Part shown: positions 39,240 to 52,891 of the stretch, in pieces
Numbering within the stretch: position 1 is the stretch's first letter
Layout of the letters: every line of letters begins with the position of its first letter
Assembly (NCBI RefSeq): GCF_964204645.1
Contig: NC_134036.1
Coordinates: 8,422,030-8,486,029, forward strand
Direction: 5' to 3'
Source: Tubulanus polymorphus
Taxonomy: Eukaryota; Animalia; Nemertea
DNA length: 64,000 bases
The notes under the pieces: model-generated
The model's input: only the letters and a program-made list of their open reading frames with translations
The model's database searches: none
Told to the model about the DNA's origin: nothing
Program-made: the position numbers and the translations under genes

Positions 39240-42200
39240 GATGGCCCATTTACCCAATGAAGCTACGTACTATGTACTCCAGCAGCGGAAGCTCGTGCGT
39301 CAAATAAAATAGTTAACCTACATATTAGTACTCGTTTCGTTGTAATTATTCCACACCAGGTTAACACGCTTACTCTACGAAACTTCCTAAAAGCGCTCCT
39401 ATCGACATAAGAGACGAAAATGGAACTCTTAGTATCTGGATACAAAAATAGCCTAATAACAGTATAGTCCACGAGATCATTGAGCCGATTGTAAAAAAAT
39501 GATAGATTTCGGCTCCAATCATTTTTAGAAAGAATTCGAAGTTTCAGAAAAGTGTTTTTTGCCATTATAATCGAGTTGCTATGGCAACATAGCTCTTCTT
39601 TGGTTTTGAAAAAATTTAAACGATAAGTAGTCGATATCTTTAATGGTAAGCTCCCTCCATTAAAATTATATTCTAGCGATGCAAATCGTCATCAAACCAG
39701 GCTGAGAAATATATATGTATATATAAAATATATCGCAACGGAATTGCAAGACGGTTCAAATTTCTATTATCGGTGATGTCTATATCAGAAAAGGATGTTT
39801 ACCCCATTACAAGTCCATTCCAAAACGAATCATTTTTTTTCAAATATTCAAGTTCATTGAGATACTTGAAATTTCGAAAGCCGTTTTTGAGACCTTGAAT
39901 CACAATTGAATGTTGGAACCGAAAACATTGCAAAGACTTCCTGACAGAAGAGCATCTAAACGACTGTAAGACATTCTAAGATCATGCTAAGGAAGTTCGA
40001 ACAGCCCGGCTTTTTAAGTATGTAAATAACGTTCAGGACAACGAAAGCTTTATCGGGTGCATAAGTCATTCACTTGATAAAGCTCTGATTGTATTCGGGA
40101 AATATTACATGAGGAAAGGAAAAGACCTTTAATAATTTGGGCTACGAAAGCATAACCTGACGTTGATGAAGTTGATTTTGCACTCAAGCAATTCGCTTTA
40201 CACTAGATTTTCAATAAACATCATTAATATTATCGTTATAACCATTATTTTTATTATTACCCATGTTTGGTGCCTTGTGCAACGCTATTGCTCTAAGGCT
40301 CTTAGATACATTGAAACGTTATACGTACATTATTTTGATTATTATGAGTATTATTGTTATTATTATGTATTCATTTTAACACATCGATATTTCAGTTAAA
40401 TCAGCTAATTATTAGACCATTAATCATCAGGGTAAACTTAACAAAATCCTCGAGCAGTGACATTTCGTCACATGGACATCAGTTAATTATAATGAGGACA
40501 AATTCAATTATTCGAATCTGAGTCTTTTTTCTCTTATAAATAAAAGCTAGCCACACCTCAAATTATCAGAACGAATATCAAATCAAAACGATGTCGCTAA
40601 TAATTAGTCATCATATTTTAGTTTTTTTATCCCTATTTTGTCGACTAGAAATACCTACTTTTTTCCAAGCTAGATAAGCAAGGACAACATTTCTGGAGGT
40701 CAAAAAGCCACTGTTTAATTAACTCGTATCCCTTTCCCTTTCACGACCGAGTTATCAAGGACAACAAAAACCCTCGTTGCTCCATAGCCATTTTGTATAA
40801 ACGCTTTTTGAAAAGGAAAACATGTCCTCTCAATCTACAACAGTGTGTGGGTCCAATTCCTTTTTTCAATGGTTTCATATGGTCTCTGAATCAAGTTCCA
40901 CAACTGTGAGGATTGATTCGACTAAATGCATCAACGGCTTCGACACCAACGGCTACATTCAGTTCGAATAGCTATTAAAATGTTATCGCGCAAACCTTCC
41001 CCGTTGACACCTTCAAAGGTTTTGAAATGACATTTTCGGACTCCGTTTATTCGCCTTTATTGTAGGATTCTCGTCGTATTAACATCTGGATACGGATGTA
41101 GAATTTTATCTATGGTGAACTTCGGAAACCAATACAGCAGTTTCAATGGTTAACATCATTTACATTATACATATTCAAAATCGTATGATATATTCTAGTT
41201 ATCCCACACAAGGCAAAGCAGATTATTTTCAACCGGTATTCTTTGAAAGCGCTTCACTATATGAGCTCGCTCAACTCAAAATGTCGGTTGCATGTAAACT
41301 ATCTAATTTGAAAAAAATATCATTCATTTGCTGCGAAATATCCATCAACATCGTGTTTAATTAAAAAAAAAAAATAAATAAGATACTTCTCAAGGGTAAC
41401 TTACACTTTTTTAAAGATTTTCTACTTTTCACACTAAACGATAGATAATAATATATACAATAAGGCTAGGTGATTTCATGATTGGAAAAATCTTTTCAAT
41501 CTAGTCAGAATTGAGGATTTTGATGTTCGCGCACCTATTCAGTGCTTCTGCAGAACGCGTGGTACTGAGTCTACTAATAGAACTACGTCACTAAAGGCAC
41601 GGCTCGGAAATGATGTCTACAGAAATGAATAGAAAATAAGCTACAAGAGCAATTCAACTTAATTTCATACATATTTGGCGTTCAAATTTAGACAAAATGC
41701 CTCTTGATTTTGAAAGTCGACATATCAATGATTATAATTAGCTATTGAACGTCCACGACAACATCCGTCCAAACGAAGTGCAAAAATTGGATTTGAATAG
41801 CAAGTTTAAATTCAAATTTAAATGTCATTGAATTGTAATATTAATCCACAATTACATTGCTTTATATTTCAAATATCGCAAGCTGTGAAAATTCATTGAT
41901 AATACAATGATTGGTCGGACAATTAAAAGTCAAGTGCCTTCTAAATAGAATATTGTGTAAAACCTCTTTTCTAAATGTGATATCTGTATTAATGATAAAT
42001 GCGTTCCGATTTCTGATTTTAGTAAAACCATTACTGAGAAATAAGACTTTAACATCGGCTATTTTGACCAGTTTGCCAGACACAGCAGATGCGCGTTTGC
42101 TGTGAAAAACCCACGATTGCTGACGTCATTGTAGTCAAACACACATTTCCACGCACGTTGTGCAACTGAAGAATAAAGAACTTTTGGTGCGCTCTATGAA

Positions 42201-45200
42201 TACCAAAGCTATGGCAAACTAATAGATTTGATTTAAAACAATGAACTTAGCTTTATTAGATAGATTTTAAAATAATCCATGGTGAAATAAGCAGTGTACG
42301 CCTGAAATAATCCAAAAGTTTCTAGACTCTATTCCCGAACGGCATAATCATCAATCGTAGTGTATTTAATCCATTTAGAAGTTGTTTAGATTCCCAAATT
42401 TTTCTAATGAACAGCGTTAGTACTGTTATACATAACACAAACATACAATGGATAGCAAGCAGTAGAGCTGAGAATAAAGCGAAGGAATGTTTGTTTGTTG
42501 TTTGTTTGGCAAAAATGACGCACGAATGTGGCGCTGACACGCGGCTGCGGCCGAGGTGCATACGCTATATAGGTCAACGATCCAGTTATACAATTTTACT
42601 GATTTAAGACAAATAAGTGATTTTTTCTATAAGCCCGATCCCAGGTCGTCATGTATATACTTAAACATCATCTGGAAAGTTAATCTCAAAAAGTAGGAAT
42701 TATAGGGCACTTGACACCTATAAAGCACGTTTCATCTATCCATGAATTGCAGTATTGTAGGGGTCAGTTGCTCTAAGGTTGGTAAGAGTTGACCAGTGGA
42801 ATTATTAATGATTTTCAAAATAACATCGTAGAATGAATATCATTATAATCAAACGAGTTACCGCTGCTGGCATCAGATCATATCTACGTCCACCTATTTG
42901 CATGAATTTGAAATGTAAACCAAATGACCCGTCCACTTCATGTATTCAAATCTCCATCCATCTATTCGCATGATTTATGAAAGTATTAAATCAAATGACC
43001 CGTCCACTTCATGTATTCAAATCTCCATCCATCTATTTGCATGATTTATGAAAGTATTAGATCAAATGACCCGTTCACTTCATGTATTCATATCTGCCAT
43101 AATTTATTTATTTACATTATTAAGGAATATATTCCAAATGAGTCATCGACACACTATCTATTCATTTTCTTTCGCATTATATCTGCAGTCTTATAAAATG
43201 AAAAAAAAAATTGATTTCAACATAAATCGTCATCGCGTTCAGCAGTTTCGAATGCATACAAGCGGGAATTAGTGAATGCTGAATACACGAGACGACGATG
43301 AGAAATGATGAATATTTGCGTACGAGTAGAATGTTCGTAACAGAAATTTGAATATAATGTTCATACGTATCGCCGGTCGGTATACAAACCTTAAATGTTA
43401 CTGGCAATTTCTCTGTAACAAAAATTCGATTTGAGCTTGATCACAAAATGTAAACCAATGTCTTTAAATACTAGTGCAGAGAACACGCGTTGTGTTCATT
43501 CCAATAACTAATAGCGACTGCTCAGTTTATTCGGCTACATTAACTTTCACTGGTAGAAACACTCATAGGTTTGTTTTCCATCATTTTCTATGATGGATTT
43601 GTTTGTCCTTAAAATCCCCTAAAATCAACAGCGTCCCGGGGCAAGGATCAATTCAATTTATAATTTATTGATAATAGTGCTTATTATCGGCGATCTACAA
43701 CATGCATGAACACGTTTTCAAATACTTCATTAAAACATATTGTTGCTTTAATCCAATCTTCGAATTAATATACAAGGAGATCTATGGATCAGGGTTAACA
43801 GTAATGTAGGAACCAACGTACATATTTCGTGACGAGCGAGTTAAACCTTTGGACTCGTGGACAAAATCAATCTATTAGGATTTCATTTGAAGTAAATAAG
43901 GGCAAAAATTGTTTCTCAATCTTTTCATAGACTGATTTTGAAGAGGTGGAGAACACAAATGACAGATTTTATCATCGTCTGTGAAGTCTGAGGTGCCCAG
44001 GGGTCACTCCGATCAAGCTTTACCCCACCAATACGATCGCGTTCATGGACAAGTTCTAGATCTAAAATTGCTGACATTTTATATTGAATAATCAAATGAA
44101 ATCAACGGAAAAGAGACACAGAATCCAACAGATCGTACTCTTCATTTAGCATTAGATACGTTTGTACTCAGATGACGTGTCTGACCCGAATTGTTTATTC
44201 CTCAGTAACGTCCAAATATTCACCCCGTTAATCTGTCGTCGTCTGCATATCTGTATATTTGTGAATCACGGAATACATGATGAAGTATTGTTTAGATATT
44301 TATCCCAGTGTCGTCAATCTGCTACCGTGTTCAATTACGACTCACTATTGCCGGGTGAGGGGACGGATGCGCCAGAATAATCAAAAGTGTTTAAAAACTC
44401 AATATAGACAATTAACACTGTATTTCTGGTATTCAACCTCGTCACTTCGATGAATAATTTAGAATGAATAGTAATCCTATCAAAATGTCACTCACACAGT
44501 CATTTCGATGATAGAAGAAAAACAGCACTTAAACTGTTTGAGTAAAGATGATAGATTGTTATAGGTTTTACTGTAGTTTATTATAGTCACAAATAGTATT
44601 TATGTAAAGATATAAATGGCCAGTTATGATATTTCTTAAATCTATGCTCTTTGGTTTTATTCTTAAGTTTTATATAATAATCTTTCTTGATTATTCATCA
44701 ATAAGACTCATTTTGTCATTGGAATATTTATTTTTAGAATGGGTTCGATTATTTCTTTCGAGAGTATACAGATCAATCTAAGGTTTAGTAGAGAGATATA
44801 TCAAAAATCGAGAGCAATTTCCCTTAGTCATTATCCCTCGGATCGTTTTCCCTCCTAAAAAGATCATTTTCTCTCCAAAAATATAATGTTATAAAAAGAA
44901 ATGACTCTTGTAGGTTCACTTTTCTTACTGTTACTCGGTTCAAACCAAACACGTCAGTGATTAGTGAATTTGTGATAATAAGCTGTTCTGGCTCAGTAGC
45001 TATTCTGAGACATAAACACTACTTGGCCAGTCTTGACGACTGTTCATTAAAACAATGGTGTCAGCCATACTTAACAATGAAATAGATGTGTTACAAAATA
45101 AATGGAATAGGTAAACTCTAAAAGTAAGAATTAATGAAAATGAATATAAAATATAGATTTTTCATCTTTTACTGATGGAAATGATGCCCAAAATGTGGCG

Positions 45201-45825
45201 CTTTTAGTAGAAGAAAGGTGTAGCCATTTTGTATTATCATACTAACGTGCGGTAAATTCAACAATCTCAGAACTAAATTAAATTTGGTAAATATCGGTGC
45301 ATGTGAAATAAGTAGAATTTTCAGTGATATAAGTGGTAAATTGCACGTGATGAATTTGGGGAAGTTTGTTAAATCGGGTTTCGAATATTGTGTTTGATTG
45401 GTGTTTGAAAGAACGGTATCTTTTTCCTACAAATTAGTTTTTGTAAATTATAATGTTTTCTTTGATTATTTGTTCATTCACGATCACGTCATTTCGTTAT
45501 GTTAAAGAGGAAACTCTAACTTTTCAAAAATAAATATACGATGGTCCAACAGATTATACCGCAAAATCCTATTTTTGATGGGTAAACGCGCTGTTATAAA
45601 TTTGATTATCAAAATATGAAGTTTTGGAGGGTAAAATGTAACGTATCAAAGGGTAATATCCCTGTTGTATAAGCTGAATTTACATTTGTTTTAGACGGTG
45701 ACAGATGTCGACTATTCGGTCATTTTGGTGAAATAAGCCTCTTATGATAGATTAAACTCATTGCATATAAGGTACTAGATATACAGCAGTTCAATTATCA
45801 TTCTCTTCAGAGTCATATTGGTAAC

Positions 45826-46702
45826 ATGAAGGTATGTAGCTAATTGATTAACGTGAGTCTGAAGATTGATCATTACTAACTGCAGTTTCATATCTTTGAA
45901 TCTTTGTTGTATTACAGGTCTTCATTTTGATCGTTGCTGTCGCATTAGTCGTTTCCGGAGTATCTTCTACTGAAGGTAAGTGAACTAATTTTAGATCGTT
46001 AGTCAGCGGTTTCATCTTACTTCATCCCAGTGCTTACGTCATTTCGACAAGACTTGTCGGTTTAGGCAACCAAGTACACCTACTATTTCAACGATCCAGT
46101 TGACCAATATAACTGAGTCAAAATGATTATTTGGCCAGTTAATTGTAGGAGATGATTTAATTCTGGAAGAGAATTAACTAGCAGGAATAAACTCATTGAG
46201 TTATACCTGAAAACTTGACAATTCTGTTGGGCATGCAAAAAGTCATAATCAATAATACATTGGAATTAGAACTGGGCGGTAGTTATAGTCAAATTACCTA
46301 AAAACTAGTTATTTGTAAATAAATCCTCATATTTCTGAAACTTCAACATGCGTAGGTGATCAATAAATGTGTTTTGACTATTACTGTAAGAACCCGTTTG
46401 ACCAGCTAAACCCGCACATGGCGAATTCACAGCTCCATCAATTTTAGTTGAATTTCACCTTGTGGATCTTCGATCGTCTTTGCCGCGATCTTCGGCTGCC
46501 ACAACCAACTGCTCAGTTAGTCCTGGATAATTACGTTATCATTTTTTTTTCAGAAATGAGTCTCGAAAGGCGAGAAGTATCGTGCACATGTAGTTCAGGT
46601 GTGACTGGTGTACCTTTCTTTATTTTCGGCTGTGGAAAAGGATTCCATAAATGTGCTCCAAAAAGTTGGTACCATATAGCAACCTGTTGCTCGGACAAGT
46701 AA
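45826..46702 (+). CDS. Beta-defensin-fold / sea-anemone-neurotoxin-like prepropeptide, copy 2
   Basis: Exons 45826-45831, 45918-45975 and 46554-46702. Identical to copy 1 except mature residue 18 L->F (TTG->TTC). Confidence 0.88.
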
Positions 46703-49355
46703 TGGTGATTTCTATGATAAGCTAATATTAATATGAATAAAGAAAATTTAAGTCATCGAAAAAAATTAGTTTAAGTCTTATATAGAGATTCTTTGCTCGA
46801 TGCTGTTTTGTGCTGTTCGAGGCTACTATCGCTGGGCAGGAGTTAAGGGTTAGCTGATATAGAAAGCCTAAAAAGCAAAACGAATCACACTCCTATATGT
46901 GCTAGATATGGGGTGACCATCTTATTGATACCTTACCTGCTTGTGGGATGAGTATGCCACCCGCGAGTCTGACACGCCTCAGTGTCATTCTTTCATCCAT
47001 TTTGATGTCCACAATCATTCTCGCGTAAGTCGGTTTCATAGGCCACTGAATACTGTATATAACTAATGTGTTTAGCCATCGATAGATGGCACTGTTGATG
47101 AAGTGGGCGGAGCTTAGGACGAAGTGGGCTGTGCTTTGATCATGACGTCATTCTGACTGCGTTCGTGGCACTAGTGTATGCTATCCAAGAATGCCGCGCG
47201 TGATTTCGAAATGGCCGCCATTCTGCACAGGGGTTTGGCGATGGGCTTGATTTCATTTCCGGGTTGTTGATAATCTCGCGAGCGAGAGAGGCGCTAAATA
47301 TGAACTGCGAATAAATTCAAAATATCACGGAAATACCTTGTGTTTAAATCGCTTATTTATCCGCTTTAAAGTACCGTAAACAATTGGTCGTTAAGTATCA
47401 TCATCACACGGTCGCAACGCTACTATATAAAATCACAAGGGATGAAACGCCTCCAAGTCGTGCCAGCCAGAAATTTGGGACAGTCACGTGACTTAACGCT
47501 TCTTATTTGACTGAATGCGAACCCGAAGCATCTATGTTGGAAACTATGATACGAAAAATATTTGACAATAACTTACATTCAAATGCATTTTTTTAATGGT
47601 GATTTCAATAGTTCAAGAGGAAGAAGCGATGCGTGGTCAATGGCCGTGTCACAGCTACGAGCAGGGTACACGTAATCGTGGAGGGTAGGCCTTCCCCGAC
47701 GTGATGATTGCCGAAGGGCGCGGGGACTTGTAGGGCCTTGTTAGTTTTGATTGTTCTAAATGTCATTAAGAGATAAAAGTGCAGATCCGCACCTCTCGTA
47801 AATGGTTCAATCAATCACATTAACAGTTACTGTTTCAGACTTAGAATGTCATAAGGAATTCAGTACAGTGGATTATTTTTTTTTATCCTCACAAGAAAGT
47901 AGAGTTTTTGCCGTGATTTTTCTCGGAATCGTCACGATTTTTGAACCAGATGCCGTATTGCATTGGAAAATCTAAAGTGAAGGTTTCAAATAGTTGCTGA
48001 AACAATGTTTCGTGACCCACTTAATTTGAGGAAGGAAAATGAAATTTATTGTTAATTTCAACAATGATATCAGACAATTTGACCAGCATCAATAACCCCA
48101 GTGACAGTTGACAAAAATTTGATTCATTTTATGCGCTGATTACCCTCACATCGTTTCAGCGATCGTCAAACTTTTTTTGGAGTAAACCCTGGCTAAAAAT
48201 CATTTTTCTAGCATAGAATCATCAAATATTACAAAAAAATCACTGCATTGGATTCAGTGAGACATTTGAAATTTGAAATTCAATAGATCGCGTCAATCAC
48301 GAGAGGTGCGGGTCTGCACTTTTACCGGAGTCATGTTTATGTCAAGGGTAATGAATACTGGATAACCTTAATAGTTTTGGTCCGTGTTATCACTGCGAGT
48401 TTGAAGGCCTGTCCTGCAGCGACGTATGTATTGTACCACCGGTTCAGCCTATTCAGGCTTAGACCTAGACTTACAGCGGCTAAGCAATAAGCTATTGCCA
48501 TGGATTAGAACCCTGAACCGGATGGCTGTTGCATATTTGCGACATAATAGACATTTTTCTTAATTCGTTTTGCATTAAAATGTACGACTTTTCACTTTCT
48601 GATTTTCAAAGTTAACATTAAAGTACATCTCTAGCCGGTTTTGGCTCTGAACAGGTCCTAGCACCATTATACTGTGATATCATTTGTTATTTTCCATGTT
48701 ATTTGTTAGTCCACTTTAATTATTGAATTGTCAAACTAGTAATGTGACCAATAAAGTTAATTAGAATTTGGTCTGTGCAGACTGTGAATGAATACAGTAT
48801 TCATTAGTATTACTAGGCCTAGCATAAAAACTACTTCCTGGTTCCTGGTGGTTTGTCCGGTAACTTTTAAGCAAACATAAACTGATAAAACGGTAATATT
48901 CCCTGAAAGTATGCAGATTTGTTGCTAAAATCTTTTTTTGTATGAATTTATGTTACATATATTTGCAGTGAATCAAAGTGCATTGACTCACAGTGCATTA
49001 TTAATAAGGCCTAAGCCCGGGGTTACTTGTCTCCCCTCGAGTCGATGAATCAACCAGGGTCCATTTTCACAAAAATGTTTTATTTCCAACTCATCAGAGG
49101 GGCTTGTCACAATTTGATGGAGGATGGATGATGCCTGTATCCCTATATAAAAAAAGAAAAGGGAGCTAACTAAATCAAATATCGGTACATTACAATCCAA
49201 ATTCAATCGACTGTCATTTCCAAAATTTTCAACCGATTTGCACGAAACAAACTGTTATACATACTAGAAGACTTGCCTTTTTTAACGAGCCTATGACTAT
49301 CGCTCTACGATGAATATTGGATTGCATATATATATATATATGCAATCCAGAGACA

Positions 49356-49846
49356 AAGAAGACACTAACCTACCAAATAAATACAATGCTGTTCGAGTGG
49401 AAAGTTGATATTTATGAAGAAAATGTCGTATTAACAGTTTTATCAGAGAATTGCGAGCGAGCTGGATTTTACATATATGACGGTGGTAAATTCAAAGCTA
49501 GACGCTACGGTCCGTATTGCCCCGGGAATTACTACGGTCGATCCGTCGTAAGTCTGATTACATCTGGGGGATCGGTTACTGTAGTAGGATACGCTTACAA
49601 CGGGGATGATCAGTTGTTAACATCGGTCGATGGAGAATCAGCTCTCATATTTCGTCCTACCGACTGTGACGGGTATGCTTTAAATGAAGAAGAAAGTCGT
49701 GTCAATATGACATCAGACTGTGTCGCGGTTACACAAGAAAACCGACGCCTTCCACCGAGGAACATTTATATATTATCTAAACACGAATATCGAATTGACA
49801 GTTGTTTTCGTGACTGGTCACGAACTTGTCCTCGGAGATTACGAAT
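49356..49846 (+). pseudogene. Third, doubly truncated fragment of GRL101-like exon 2
   Basis: Matches copy 2 from the junction to ...CPRRLRI, then switches to unrelated TE sequence at 49847. Confidence 0.9.
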
Positions 49847-50966
<1,120 letters not shown>

Positions 50967-51972
50967 GCGCTATTTAGCAAGGAGTATTTTTATCTGGAAC
51001 TGCGGATTGTGTTTTTATGTTTAAATGTTGTAATCAATATTTTGCCAGGTCATTTGTAGCTAAGAAAACATATTTGTAGATTTTTCCTATGTCCATTAAT
51101 GGATCTAACCCTTAGTCTTTGTCACTTTTACCCGGATACCGTTTTGGCAGCTCAGGTAGGCTGTCTTGTTTATTGAGTATTTTGTCTACCTAGCGAACTG
51201 GCACTATTTTTGAATAAGTGATGTAATAGCAATATAAACAACTCTCAACTCACCTGCCCTCGCAACTAGTTTAGCTCTCATCAGGTAATTAGTGTCTTAA
51301 TAGGTCATTAAGATTTGGATGAACCAATCGCTAGAAGTTTTGGTCACTAATTTCTTGATGGGAGTGTCTTAATCAACTTGGTTTTTGGCAGCACAGATTT
51401 GATCACTCTGTGCCTGCTTTCCAACTGATTAAGACGTAAAATAAACTGGTATTAACACATAAATTCAATCGTTTGAATTTTCAGGTGAGTTACATCAATT
51501 TTTCATAGTTAAATCTTATATATGTTTTGGCATAAATGTGTACCTAGGCTTAGCTGAGAAATCAGACCTTTATGTAACACGTACATTTGGTACTGAGAGT
51601 CAATTTTTATAGATTAGGTATTTAATCTAAAATGACGGCTAATGATTATTTGTTTGTAGAAATAGGCCTTTGTATTAAGTATGTAGTTAAAGAAAAGTCA
51701 TTTTAGGACAATCTCAGTTACGATCTGATGAAGTATGAGTAATCAAGTAGTATAATACTCGATTCTATTCTGTGTATACTGTAACTAATTATCATCACTC
51801 TGTGCCTGCTATCCAACTGATTAAGACGTAAAATAAGCTGGTATTAACACATAAATTCAATCGTTTGAATTTTCAGTTTTTGTAAAATTGGCAACGCGCA
51901 AAAAGTCCGTTGCTAAAATGGTGAAGAACCCGTTGCTAAAATGGTGAGAACCCTTTCCGAAACCTCTCGCCA

Positions 51973-52758
51973 ATGAATCCTCGCTCGGTAGCATTAAACA
52001 ACGGCAGGATAACAAGATCGACGACTTCGAGGAACGATCCTCTCTGGAATTTGGCTGTACCGAGCTCTCCGGTACGTCTGCAGCCCGTCGATATACGTGT
52101 GCACAGCACGGACAATCAGGAAGCGCACGCGTTAGTACGAGACGAACATAGCAGTATGCCAAAAGTTACTTTAGATTATTTTGGCGTCGGGTATGGTACC
52201 AATGTACCAGCCTGGTTGGATCGTTTCGACCAATATCTCAGGCTGAACAACGTGCCAGCGGAGAAACACGTCGATGTGTTTTTATATCATTTAGGGCACC
52301 ATGCGGCCAATATCAAGAACAGCCTTCCGGTTGCCGACCAGCAGGATATCGATAAGTTAAAGACGGCACTGAAAGAGCGCTTTCAGCCGTTGGAGGACCA
52401 GTTGCTTACGACCAATATTATGCAAGCGCAAAACGAGTCGGTGAACGATTATCTTAACCGTATCGACATCCTCGCGTCACAATCGTCACTGACCCCGCAA
52501 CAAATCGTTTCGCGGGCAATACAAGGGTTACAGCCACGAATTGCGGCGACTGTAGCTGGCCATTTGCCCGATAGCATGCCGAAACTGCGAAAAATCGCCC
52601 TGCCCGTCGAAAACTCAAGCAATTTCGTGCCGTTATCTACACCTGTTGTAGCCGCTGCTGCAACTTCGACGGATGCTGCTTTGGAGAAATCGCAGGCTCT
52701 TACAACCGTCATCACCGAGCAGTTTCAACAGAATTTGAAAGACACCTCTGCTATGTAA
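51973..52758 (+). CDS. gag: Gag-like protein (retrotransposon capsid domain), C-terminally truncated
   Basis: AWLDRFDQY, LKTALKERF and QAQNESVNDYLNRI (Retrotrans_gag-type motifs); lies inside the LTR pair. Confidence 0.8.
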   Translation: MNPRSVALNNGRITRSTTSRNDPLWNLAVPSSPVRLQPVDIRVHSTDNQEAHALVRDEHSSMPKVTLDYFGVGYGTNVPAWLDRFDQYLRLNNVPAEKHVDVFLYHLGHHAANIKNSLPVADQQDIDKLKTALKERFQPLEDQLLTTNIMQAQNESVNDYLNRIDILASQSSLTPQQIVSRAIQGLQPRIAATVAGHLPDSMPKLRKIALPVENSSNFVPLSTPVVAAAATSTDAALEKSQALTTVITEQFQQNLKDTSAM

Positions 52759-52891
52759 AATGGTCCGATAAATCTCCAAATTCGTGGCAACCTTCTGATA
52801 ATCTTACCCAGTCGGCCAAGGACGAGTTCTTCCGTACCCACACGAGACAGGGTAAAACGCGAAAACGAAGGTCCTGTTTCAAGAGATCATA
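52744..52891 (+). pseudogene. Chromodomain-like C-terminus of a Gypsy integrase
   Basis: An alternate frame reads CYVKWSDKSPNSWQPSDNLTQSAKDEFFRTHTRQGKTRKRR (YxVKW..SWxPxxN pattern). Confidence 0.65.

Larger units (their letters stand above)
20645..49846 (+). repeat. Recent tandem segmental duplication (~14.0 and ~14.7 kb units plus a 0.5-kb stub)
   Basis: 20645-34656, 34657-49355 and 49356-49846 are near-identical (offsets 14012 and 14699). The same junction sequence occurs at 34618-34660 and 49317-49359. Confidence 0.95.

Noticed and set aside
46448-46553. N-terminal part of the 84-aa ORF (MNFTLWIFDR...)
   Set aside because: Intron 2 of the peptide gene read through in frame; copy 1 differs by an indel here
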